NCBI GenBank assembly: GCA_019187405.1 | Contig: JABAQZ010000027.1 | Span: forward strand, 39,610 to 103,609 | Direction: 5' to 3' | Source of the DNA: Ignavibacteria bacterium | GTDB taxonomy: Bacteria > Bacteroidota > Ignavibacteria > Tepidaquicellales > Tepidaquicellaceae | Length of the DNA stretch: 64,000 bases | Shown: piece by piece, positions 39,401 to 46,930 of the stretch | Layout: each line of letters opens with the position of its first letter | Position numbering within the stretch: position 1 is the stretch's first letter | Position numbers and translations under genes: made by a program | The notes under the pieces: model-generated | The model's database searches: none | The model's input: only the letters and a program-made list of their open reading frames with translations | Told to the model about the DNA's origin: nothing

Positions 39401-40186
39401 TTTTACTAGCTCGTCATAATTCATTTTATCAGGTTCAAAAAACGAAATCCATTTGCTTATATTTTTGTCGGAATGTTTTTTTACAAAGAGCCATTCGAGT
39501 AATTTTTCTGAAATGTATTTTAGTATAAAATACGTTCTATCGATCTCTTCGGGGATTTTATCATCTATTAAATTTGATTCAGCAATTTTATCAGCAATGC
39601 TTTCCGCTCTTTTTTTGATATCAAAGGGAATAAGAAAATTCTCCGGAGCGAATTTATCACCTTCAAAAAACCATCTGTAATTTTTCTCGAGTTCAAAAAT
39701 TTCAAGCAAAAATTTTGCCGTATATTTTTCTTCATCTGAAATAAAATCATATTCAGAATAAATATTCTTTTTTATTTCGGAAGCAAATCGTTCCAAAACT
39801 TTTATATCAAAATCATCCGGCTTTGAATTTTTGAATTTGTTTGACATTTTTTTCTGAATAATCTCTTTTTTGAAAGTGAGGATGTCTTTCTCAAAAGTGA
39901 CTTCTTCAAAAAATCCTGAACATTCATTTTCCAGACAAAAAAGTTTTACGATAAAATCCGACAATACCAGCGATGCATCAATGAGAATTTTAGAAATTTC
40001 CGAATGCTTGAGATTTTTCCCTTTGGTAGTAATGTAATTCAGAAATATCGAACAGGCATTCTCGTTTACTGAGTTGTAATATCTGTGAAAATCTTCTGTA
40101 AGAGATTTGAGCTTCTCGGGTTCGTACAAATCACGGTAAGAATATCCGTATTCCTGATTTAAAAAATTATTATCAGCCATAATCAA
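36470..40186 (-). CDS. Large fused flavoprotein: helical N-terminal extension, then GltD/NfnB-like Fe-S/FAD/NAD(P)H module, then PyrK/NfnA-like FAD/[2Fe-2S] module
   Basis: Cys clusters (CMFCHEREKDSCS..GCPLDE..ICNDCMKSC), Rossmann motifs VMVVGMGPAGYTLSHFL and AIVIGGGLTAIDTATE, then FNR-type KPGQFYRF..LLAGGGLGNAVLFSIA and a terminal Cys motif MQCMMKEICAQCLQ...SCFNQDQ. Confidence 0.75.
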   Translation of the reverse strand: MIMADNNFLNQEYGYSYRDLYEPEKLKSLTEDFHRYYNSVNENACSIFLNYITTKGKNLKHSEISKILIDASLVLSDFIVKLFCLENECSGFFEEVTFEKDILTFKKEIIQKKMSNKFKNSKPDDFDIKVLERFASEIKKNIYSEYDFISDEEKYTAKFLLEIFELEKNYRWFFEGDKFAPENFLIPFDIKKRAESIADKIAESNLIDDKIPEEIDRTYFILKYISEKLLEWLFVKKHSDKNISKWISFFEPDKMNYDELVKTEMEAHNNYSVIKGPKNNHRKRFGFSLTDKRMKKREVLNQINYCMFCHEREKDSCSIGLDDRLGIRKKNPLGIKLDGCPLDEKISEMHYVRKLGYPVASLALIIIDNPNLPGTGHRICNDCMKSCIFQNQEPVNIPQIETNVLTDVFGLPYGYEIYSLLTRWNPLNCEQSYQKTYNGKNVMVVGMGPAGYTLSHFLLNEGFGVIGIDGLKIEKIHEKYTGVKDKNGFVKFPAPVKDFYREIVEPLDKRILQGFGGVSEYGITVRWDKNFLTAIYINLARREYFRLYDGVRFGGTLTVEDAWELGIDHIAMASGAGKPTIIGMKNNLIRGIRKASDFLMALQLTGAAKKNNLANLQLQLPAIVIGGGLTAIDTATESLAYYPVQVLKALEKYEKLISVFNEVEFWKMYDDEEKEIMKTFISHGKEIRNEIDSSQRENREPDFLPLLNKWGGVTIVYRKTMKDSPAYRLNHEEIIKGFEEGIRFIEKMSPVEAVKNQYGSVEEIKFELQKEITDEKTGKKKLVNSGEYVNFKARSVMVAAGTSPNIIYEKEYPGTFRIDETKNFFKPYSAERNKTGGITLIPEEEGKGAFFTSYKYSDKLISFYGDNHPDYAGNVVKAMASAKDGYKKIVNLFPAEISDDNNHEKNQQTFSELVLKFDEGLIATVEEVIRLTPTIVEVIVKAPFAAGKFKPGQFYRFQNYEMNAEIINNTVLTMEGLAMTGAWTDTKKGLLSMIVLEVGVTSRLVAHLKKGEKIIVMGPTGHPTEIPKGETVLLAGGGLGNAVLFSIADAMKKKGNKVIYFAGFKDSKDVYKMDEVEAGTHQVIWSNDTGDKIKPRRSQDLSFKGNIVQAMKAYCSGELGEKITEFESIDRIIAIGSDRMMNAVKEARLTIFKDKLKEHVAIGSINSTMQCMMKEICAQCLQRHSDPVTGKESFVFSCFNQDQKLDEVDFDYLHERLKSNSVLEKLSNMYLTYLLEKR

Positions 40187-40836
40187 TTAAAAGTTTTTCA
40201 ATTTACTTTTTTTAATAAAATTTAAATATGTATAAAAATCTCAACAAAGCGGAACAATTTACACCGGTTGATGCTTTAAAATCAGAATCAATTTATTTTA
40301 ATTGATCCCGGATTTTAAACTGTTTTATCAACATAAAAACTTGAATTGAAACTTTATACAGTCGTAACCACTGTTATGTCATCAGCCGGCTACAGGTTTT
40401 TTTCGGAAAGTATGAATATATTTACGGTAAGTCAGACGGAAATGAGCATAAAGTTGATCTGTCATCAATTAGGTTTCTTGTTCTGAATTTTAAAAAACAA
40501 AAATAATAATTGCAGCAAGGGTCGAAAACAGATTAAGCCGGTTACAGGCTTATTTACTCTAAAGCAGATATTGTGATTATCAGATCTCCGCTAAAAGAGT
40601 AAGAATTTTGATTTCCATTTATTGTACTTTAAATTTGTGCTTAATTAAATTTATCTGAAAATCTTTAATGCAATGTATAAAGAATTTATTTTAGATTTAT
40701 GCAAAATGAAATTTTTAAAAAATGAATCGCTAATAAATTGAAAAGATGCATTTGTTTTAAAGTATGTAAATTAGTCAATAGAATATTTCTGCAATGAATA
40801 TTAAGTTAAACTTAAAAATAAAATCAGGAGAAAATC

Positions 40837-41346
40837 ATGCTTCAATCATTTAATTTCAAAAAATGGATAGAAGAAAACCGACATCTTCTCAAACCACCGG
40901 TAGGTAATAAATGCATGGTGGACGGAGATCTCATAGTAATGGTTGTCGGCGGACCGAATTCAAGAAAAGATTATCACTACGAAGACGGCGCTGAATTCTT
41001 TTATCAGGTAGAAGGAGATATAACGGTAAAAATCATTGAAGACGGAAAACCCCGCGATATTCATATCAAAGAGGGCGAGATGTTTTATCTTCCGCCGAAT
41101 ATTCCCCACTCGCCGCAAAGACCAGCAAATACTGTTGGTCTTGTTATAGAAAGAAAACGTGATGAAAAAGAACTTGACGGCTTTCAATGGTATTGCGAAA
41201 ACTGCGGTGAAAAACTCTATGAGGAATTTGTTAAGCTGACAAATATCGTTACGCAACTTCCTCCGATTTTTGAAAAATACTGGAGCGATGTTTCCAAACG
41301 AACTTGCAAAAAATGCGGAACGGTTATGGCTCCGCCAAAGAAGTAG
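40837..41346 (+). CDS. nbaC: 3-hydroxyanthranilate 3,4-dioxygenase
   Basis: Near-collinear with bacterial HAO: ..WIEENRHLLKPPVGNK..VVGGPNSRKDYH...EFFYQVEGD...EGEMFYLPPNIPHSPQRP...GLVIERKR...DGFQWYCENCG...CKKCG. Confidence 0.9.
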   Translation: MLQSFNFKKWIEENRHLLKPPVGNKCMVDGDLIVMVVGGPNSRKDYHYEDGAEFFYQVEGDITVKIIEDGKPRDIHIKEGEMFYLPPNIPHSPQRPANTVGLVIERKRDEKELDGFQWYCENCGEKLYEEFVKLTNIVTQLPPIFEKYWSDVSKRTCKKCGTVMAPPKK

Positions 41347-41354
41347 TTTCAATT

Positions 41355-41475
41355 AAGAAATTACGAATTGCAAATTACAAATGAAGAATTATGAATTGCG
41401 ATTTGCAAATTATGAATGACGAATTACGATTAACAAATGACAAATTTCTCCGTCGTGACGGATTACAAATAGTTT
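41355..41475. repeat. Left array of degenerate ATTAC(G/A)AAT-type short repeats flanking the four-helix-bundle gene
   Basis: AAATTACGAATTGCAAATTACAAATGAAGAATTATGAATTGCGATTTGCAAATTATGAATGACGAATTACGATTAACAAATGACAAAT...GATTACAAAT. Confidence 0.65.
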
Positions 41476-41521
41476 AATTATTTAGTATTTTTGTTTGAAA
41501 ATTAATTTTAAGGAGGATTTT

Positions 41522-41875
41522 ATGTACGAGGAAAGTATTATTCATGTAAAAAGTTATTCGTTTTCGATTAGAATTGTAAAACTATATCAGTATTTGATAA
41601 AAGAATATAATGAATATTCTTTGGCTAAACTGATTTTAAGATCTGGTACTTCTATAGGTGCAAACATTGAAGAAGCTACAGAGGGATATTCAAAAAAAGA
41701 ATTTCTGTCAAAACTTTCCATTTCTTACCGTGAAGTTCGCGAAACACTTAATTGACTGAGAATTTTGTTTGATACCCATTACATAAACAAAAGAGTTTTT
41801 GAATCATTGTTAATTGACTGTGAAGAAATTCTTAGAATTTATCAAAGATACAAGAAACAACAAAAATGTCATTAA
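41522..41875 (+). pseudogene. Four-helix-bundle protein ('23S rRNA intervening-sequence protein' family) interrupted by an in-frame TGA
   Basis: ATG at 41522 preceded by AAGGAGG. ..LAKLILRSGTSIGANIEEATEGYSKKEFLSKLSISYREVRETLN-TGA(41753-41755)-LRILFDTHYINKRVFESLLIDCEEILRI.. The family motif as I recall it (e.g. ..KEANETEYWLELL..) has Trp where the TGA lies. Total length is 117 codons, typical for the family. Confidence 0.8.
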
Positions 41876-41948
41876 TTAATCTTCGTTAAATTATTTGTAA
41901 TCTGTAATTTGTAATCTGTAATTATTTACAAAATTCGAAATTTGTAAC
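41876..41948. repeat. Right array of the same short repeats in inverted orientation
   Basis: ..TTATTTGTAATCTGTAATTTGTAATCTGTAATTATTTACAAAATTCGAAATTTGTAAC.. carries ATTTGTAAT units, the reverse complement of the ATTACAAAT units in the left array. Confidence 0.65.
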
Positions 41949-41954
41949 TTGAAA

Positions 41955-42968
41955 ATGAAAATAGACCTTCACACACACATACTTCCCGAAAACTGGCCTG
42001 ACCTGAAAGAGAAATATGGTTATGGAGGGTTTGTTAAGCTTGATCATTACAAGCCATGCTGCGCTAAGATGATGATTGACGGTAAATTTTTCAGGGAGAT
42101 TCAGAGCAATTGCTGGGATCCCGTTAAACGAATTTCCGAATGTAACAGCTCAGGCGTGAATGTACAGGTGCTGTCAACTGTTCCGGTAATGTTCAGCTAC
42201 TGGGCTAAGTCGCATGATACACTTGACTTGTCTAAATATCTCAATGATCATATTGCAGGCGTTGTAAAAGATTATCCGGATAGATTTATTGGGCTTGGTA
42301 CACTGCCAATGCAGTCGCCGGATCTTGCCGTTAATGAACTTGCAAGATGTGTAAACGATCTCGGACTTGCGGGCATTGAAATTGGTTCGCATGTTAATGA
42401 TTGGAATCTGAATGACGAAAATCTTTTTCCTGTTTATGAAGCTGCCGAAGATCTTGGGGCAGCAATATTCGTTCATCCATGGGACATGATGGGTAAGGAA
42501 AAAATGCCGAAGTACTGGCTTCCATGGCTTGTCGGAATGCCTGCTGAAACTTCACTTGCAATTTGCTCGATGATTTTTGGAGGTGTGTTTAAAAGATTTA
42601 AAAAACTCAAAGTGTGTTTTGCACATGGGGGCGGTTCATTTCCTTTTACAATTGGAAGAATTGAGCATGGATTTAATGTCAGGCCGGATCTGGTTGCAGT
42701 CGATAATAACGAGAATCCGAGAGATTATCTCGGAAAATTTTTCCTTGATTCACTTGTTCACGATAAGCATGCATTGAAATTTATTATCGATTTGATCGGA
42801 GAAGATAAAGTCATTCTCGGATCAGATTATCCGTTTCCGCTTGGTGAGCATGTTCCCGGAAAGCTCATTGAATCATCCGATTTCCTAACAGATATCATCA
42901 AAGAAAAATTATTATGGAAAAATTCATTGGAGTTTTTGGGTAAAGAAAAATTTGCCACTATGATTTAG
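41955..42968 (+). CDS. nbaD: 2-amino-3-carboxymuconate-6-semialdehyde decarboxylase (ACMSD, amidohydrolase fold)
   Basis: MKIDLHTHILPENWPDL.., ..VHPWDMMG...YWLPWLVGMPAETSLAI...CFAHGGGSFPFTIGRIEHG...GSDYPFPLGEH. ATG at 41955 is preferred over the track's TTG at 41949. Confidence 0.9.
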   Translation: MKIDLHTHILPENWPDLKEKYGYGGFVKLDHYKPCCAKMMIDGKFFREIQSNCWDPVKRISECNSSGVNVQVLSTVPVMFSYWAKSHDTLDLSKYLNDHIAGVVKDYPDRFIGLGTLPMQSPDLAVNELARCVNDLGLAGIEIGSHVNDWNLNDENLFPVYEAAEDLGAAIFVHPWDMMGKEKMPKYWLPWLVGMPAETSLAICSMIFGGVFKRFKKLKVCFAHGGGSFPFTIGRIEHGFNVRPDLVAVDNNENPRDYLGKFFLDSLVHDKHALKFIIDLIGEDKVILGSDYPFPLGEHVPGKLIESSDFLTDIIKEKLLWKNSLEFLGKEKFATMI

Positions 42969-43001
42969 TTTTATAAAATTTCTAAACAAACATTTTTTAA
43001 A

Positions 43002-43511
43002 ATGAAACCGGAAGAAATAATTAACCAGCTGGAATACAACATCGATGTTTATAAACACCTTCTGCTGCGTATTCCGGAAAATCTGATTAAATGGAAACCC
43101 GCCGAAAACATATGGTGCCTGCTTGAAATCGTCAGTCACTTATATGATGAAGAGCGTGAAGATTTCAGAGCAAGACTCGATAAAATTCTCAGCAATGACA
43201 ATAACTGGAACCCGATAGATCCTGCAGGTTGGGTAACTTCAAGAAATTACATTTACAATGATTATATGGATACAGTTGAGAAATTTTTATTCGAGAGGAG
43301 AAAATCTATAAAGTTTCTCCGAACGCTCGATCACATAAACTGGAAAGTGAAAGTGTTTCACCCGAAGTTTGGTGAATTTGTTGCGCTTAACATGCTTTGC
43401 AGCTGGCTGGCACATGATTACCTGCATGTGAGACAGATTATCAAAACGAAGTATCTTTTTCTTAATTCGGGACTTGCTTCGGGAGATCTTCGTTATGCGG
43501 GAGAATGGTAA
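43002..43511 (+). CDS. DinB-family (DinB_2-like) protein
   Basis: 169 aa, four-helix pattern with the His triad context ..EIVSHLYDEE.. and ..WLAHDYLHVRQI... Confidence 0.7.
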   Translation: MKPEEIINQLEYNIDVYKHLLLRIPENLIKWKPAENIWCLLEIVSHLYDEEREDFRARLDKILSNDNNWNPIDPAGWVTSRNYIYNDYMDTVEKFLFERRKSIKFLRTLDHINWKVKVFHPKFGEFVALNMLCSWLAHDYLHVRQIIKTKYLFLNSGLASGDLRYAGEW

Positions 43512-43512
43512 C

Positions 43513-44232
43513 TTACTTCTTTTCCCAGGGATTAGTTGCCCAGACTGTAAGCTCCGGTATCATTCCTCTGTCATCCATTTCAAGCATTGTTTTTATCGCA
43601 TGAGCAATTTCCACGCTTGTGAGTTTGTTCGGTTTTTCTTCTCTTTCTGTGCGGGTATTACTTCCGAAAGCAGTCGGTACTTCGCTCGGATTTATTTGCA
43701 TAACCCTTATGTTGTAAGGACGCAGTTCTGCCTGCCAGCATTCAGTCATGCTGCGAAGAGCAAATTTTGATGATGAATAAATCGTACCTCTTGCATATCC
43801 CTTCAGCGATGCAGTTGAAGCAACATTGATTATATTTCCGTAATTCTGCTTCTTAAAAATCTCCGCAGCTTTTTTTGCCGTCAGTGCAGCGCCGAATACA
43901 TTTACCGAATAGACTTTTATAAATGCTTCGACCGTGAGCTCTTCAAGCAGCAGAAACTCGCCTATTCCTGCATTGTTTACCAGACAATCCAGCCCTCCGA
44001 GTTTATCCTCGATGAATTTAAATGTTTTATCAATATCTTCCTGCTTTGATACATCTGCATGAACTGAATGCACATTCAATTGCTTTGCAGCAGCTTCAAG
44101 TTTCTTTTTATCCCTGCCTGTAATAATCACGTCAGCACCGCTTTCAGAAAGCAGCTTTGCTGTTGCTTTTCCAATTCCAGAGCTTCCGCCGGTAATTAAA
44201 ATTTTTGAACCTTTTAATTTCATAATAAACAT
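43513..44232 (-). CDS. Short-chain dehydrogenase/reductase (SDR)
   Basis: ILITGGSSGIGKATA, NNAG, and the catalytic S...YSSSK motif. Confidence 0.9.
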   Translation of the reverse strand: MFIMKLKGSKILITGGSSGIGKATAKLLSESGADVIITGRDKKKLEAAAKQLNVHSVHADVSKQEDIDKTFKFIEDKLGGLDCLVNNAGIGEFLLLEELTVEAFIKVYSVNVFGAALTAKKAAEIFKKQNYGNIINVASTASLKGYARGTIYSSSKFALRSMTECWQAELRPYNIRVMQINPSEVPTAFGSNTRTEREEKPNKLTSVEIAHAIKTMLEMDDRGMIPELTVWATNPWEKK

Positions 44233-44241
44233 TAAAAAAAT

Positions 44242-45309
44242 TTATTTTATGTATCTAAAATCATAACCGGATTTCAGACTGATTAAAAATTCATATATTA
44301 GCTTTATTGAATTTTCAATATCGTCTTTATGAACGCATTCGACGGTAGTATGCATATACTTAAGCGGAAATGAAATAAGCGCTGATGCAACTCCCTCATT
44401 TGAATATGCAAATGCTTCGGTATCAGTATTGGTAAAAAATGGAGTGGCTTTAAGCTGAAAAGGTATTTTCTTTTTCCGTGCAGTGTTGATTAGCATCTCG
44501 CGCAAATTATTCTGAACCGGCGGACTGCTGGTTATTACAGGACCTTTTCCGCAGGATATGTCTCCGGTAAATTTTTTGTCATAATGCGGCGACTGCGTGT
44601 CATGAGTTGCATCAGTTATTATTGCAACGTCCGGCTTTAGTCTTCTGGAAATCATTTCCGCGCCTTTTAAACCGATTTCTTCCTGAACAGCATTTACAGC
44701 ATACAAAGCGTAGTTTAATTTTGCCTTTTTTTCTTTCAGCATTCTTAAAACTTCGGCAATAATAAATCCTCCTATTCTGTTATCTAGCGCCCTACCGGTG
44801 AAATAAGTGTTGTTCAGCATCATTAGCTCTTCGGTGTATGTTACTTTGCATCCGATATTTACACCGAGTGATTCCGTTTCTTTTCGTGTTTTACAGCCGC
44901 AGTCAAGTACAATATTTTTCAGCGACGGTTGATTGTTGTCCTTTTCTCTTACGCCTATTGAAGGCCATCCGATAACGGCTTTCACTATGCCTTTCTTTGT
45001 ATGAATGTTTACTCTCTTTGAAGGCGCAATCTGATGATCCATACCACCGTTTCTTATAACGTATATGTATCCGTCTTCCGTAATGTAATTTACTACCCAA
45101 GATATCTCATCGGCATGAGCTTCGATGACAACTTTATAATCTTTATCCGGATTCAGCGCGCCTGCAACCGTTCCGTAAATATCGGTAATATAGTTATCGA
45201 TATACGGAGTTATGTATTCAAGCCATATTTCCTGACCGCGAGTTTCATTACCCGTCGGCGATGCATTGTTAAGATATTTTTCCAGAAATTCTCTGCTCTC
45301 TTTTTTCAT
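44242..45309 (-). CDS. M42 family metallopeptidase (aminopeptidase / FrvX-YsdC type)
   Basis: ..SPTGNE..., ..IEAHADEISW.., ..GRALDNRIG.., ..VQEEIGLKGA.., ..DATHDT.. motifs. Confidence 0.85.
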   Translation of the reverse strand: MKKESREFLEKYLNNASPTGNETRGQEIWLEYITPYIDNYITDIYGTVAGALNPDKDYKVVIEAHADEISWVVNYITEDGYIYVIRNGGMDHQIAPSKRVNIHTKKGIVKAVIGWPSIGVREKDNNQPSLKNIVLDCGCKTRKETESLGVNIGCKVTYTEELMMLNNTYFTGRALDNRIGGFIIAEVLRMLKEKKAKLNYALYAVNAVQEEIGLKGAEMISRRLKPDVAIITDATHDTQSPHYDKKFTGDISCGKGPVITSSPPVQNNLREMLINTARKKKIPFQLKATPFFTNTDTEAFAYSNEGVASALISFPLKYMHTTVECVHKDDIENSIKLIYEFLISLKSGYDFRYIK

Positions 45310-45316
45310 TTTATTC

Positions 45317-46003
45317 TCATTTCTTTAAAATTTTTGTGCCGTTGTCTTGACCGATAATAAGTATGTCAGCGATATCTATAAACACGCCTGTTTCAACGAC
45401 GCCGGTAATCATTTTTAATTCTTTATCTGTTGCTTCCAAATCTCTGTTTTCCTCCATACGAATATCCGCAATATAATTTCCTGAATCAGTTAAGAAAATT
45501 TTGCCTTCTTTTTTTCTTAACTCAGGCATGAAATTCTTTTCCCGGATCCGGCTGAGTGTGCTGCTGCTGCCAAAGGGAATTATTTCAACAGGCAAAGGAA
45601 ATTTCCATGGTCTGCCGGATAACTTTCCCGAATCTACTATCCAGATATTTGTTTCTGATTTAAAAGCAACAATCTTTTCAAACAGCAATGCGCCTCCTCC
45701 TCCTTTAATACCGTTGAGGTTTTTGTCAACCTCGTCTGCGCCGTCAATGTTCAGATTTATTTTTTCCGCATCATCAATGCCGGTAAGCGGAATATTCAGC
45801 GACTTTGATAATTCAGATGTGGCATTTGATGATGATACAGCAGAAATATTTAATCCCTGTTTCACCATCTCGCCGATTTTCATGATGGCATAATAAACAG
45901 TCGAGCCGGTACCGAGTCCAATGGTCATTCCGTCTTTGACAAACTCAGCCGCTTTTTCGCCAGCAAGCTTTTTTTCAAATTCAATCTGCTCTTTATTCAT
46001 CAT
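45317..46003 (-). CDS. rpiA: Ribose-5-phosphate isomerase A
   Basis: GLGTGSTVYYA, IDGADEVD..LNGIKGGGGALLFEKIV. Confidence 0.9.
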   Translation of the reverse strand: MMNKEQIEFEKKLAGEKAAEFVKDGMTIGLGTGSTVYYAIMKIGEMVKQGLNISAVSSSNATSELSKSLNIPLTGIDDAEKINLNIDGADEVDKNLNGIKGGGGALLFEKIVAFKSETNIWIVDSGKLSGRPWKFPLPVEIIPFGSSSTLSRIREKNFMPELRKKEGKIFLTDSGNYIADIRMEENRDLEATDKELKMITGVVETGVFIDIADILIIGQDNGTKILKK

Positions 46004-46008
46004 GTAAA

Positions 46009-46854
46009 CTAAAATACGGTGTAATTCAATCCGATGTTGAGACCTTCCTTGAGCTGTGTCTTTGGCGATTGTGATTTTTCATAAATTACAAGTACGTTTA
46101 GATTTACACTGAGAAAATCATTTACCTTAGCTGAAATTGTGTTGTCAAAATCTACGTCCCATACATCCATTGTTTCAAATGCCGAAAACAATCTTAGTCT
46201 GCCTGTATAAAGAAGATTATGAGCAATTGTAAGATTTGTTTCCGTTACTGATTCGATACCTGTTTGAAATTTAAAATTTTCAATTTCGTCTTTTGTATCA
46301 GGATCATCAGAGTACTGATTAAACTCATCCGTAAATGTTTCCTGAAATGCAAGTCCGAGTCTTGTTAGAAAATTTGGTTTTACATAAGTCATCCCTATGC
46401 TTTGAGTTATATACCCCGGATCAAAAAATTTCGAAAGCGGGACTTTCGGATCTTTTGAATAATCATAGCCGTTTAGTATTCCTGTTCTAATTTCATTTGA
46501 AACGTAAGGATCAACTGCCCATTTGATTTTTCTTATGAGCATATTTTCCAGCCGCGCCTGATTGTCGTTTGTCTGAAAACTTCCTCCTCCGGTTTTTGTA
46601 GTACCGAGCGAGAGCTTCAGTGAATTTTTGGAAATCCACGGCAGGCTTAAATACACTGCATCAAAATCGCTGAAACCCGTCATTGACAATGTACTCTCGC
46701 CGCCTTTTGACCAGTTAGTCAGTGCAACCTGACTCAATCCGAGACCAAGCACTCCTTTTGTATTCCATCCCTTCTTTAATACCGAGTCTGCTATCTGACT
46801 GTAAGCATCAGTAGAGAAAATTATTAAAAGAAGGATAATATAAATTTTTTTCAT
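46009..46854 (-). CDS. Predicted outer-membrane beta-barrel protein (DUF3078-like)
   Basis: Signal peptide, alternating beta-strand pattern, C-terminal ..LNIGLNYTVF. Confidence 0.5.
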   Translation of the reverse strand: MKKIYIILLLIIFSTDAYSQIADSVLKKGWNTKGVLGLGLSQVALTNWSKGGESTLSMTGFSDFDAVYLSLPWISKNSLKLSLGTTKTGGGSFQTNDNQARLENMLIRKIKWAVDPYVSNEIRTGILNGYDYSKDPKVPLSKFFDPGYITQSIGMTYVKPNFLTRLGLAFQETFTDEFNQYSDDPDTKDEIENFKFQTGIESVTETNLTIAHNLLYTGRLRLFSAFETMDVWDVDFDNTISAKVNDFLSVNLNVLVIYEKSQSPKTQLKEGLNIGLNYTVF

Positions 46855-46930
46855 AATTTAAATTTAAAGTTTATAAACTTTGCAATATAAATTTTTTAAT
46901 CTAAACTCTTAATGAAGTTAAATTGTCATT

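Noticed and set aside
36431-39680. Plus-strand ORFs of 67-171 aa overlapping the 1238-aa flavoprotein gene
   Set aside because: They are antisense to a gene with strong motif support and have no motifs of their own.
41495-41521. Track start (TTG at 41495) of the four-helix-bundle ORF
   Set aside because: The ATG at 41522 is preceded by AAGGAGG at the correct spacing and gives the family-typical length.
41753-41755. Genome-wide TGA-to-Trp (code 4-like) reassignment suggested by TGA at a conserved Trp
   Set aside because: TGA terminates well-defined genes in the same window, for example nrdJ at 27562-27564 followed directly by a terminator. No other conserved protein here needs TGA read-through. 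A nonsense mutation or sequencing error is more parsimonious.
41355-41948. CRISPR-like array because of many short repeats
   Set aside because: The units are degenerate 7-12-mers directly abutting each other, with no uniform spacers. They flank a protein gene in inverted orientation, and no cas genes are present.
43474-43770. 98-aa plus-strand ORF overlapping the SDR gene
   Set aside because: It is antisense to a textbook SDR with its Rossmann motif and catalytic tetrad context.
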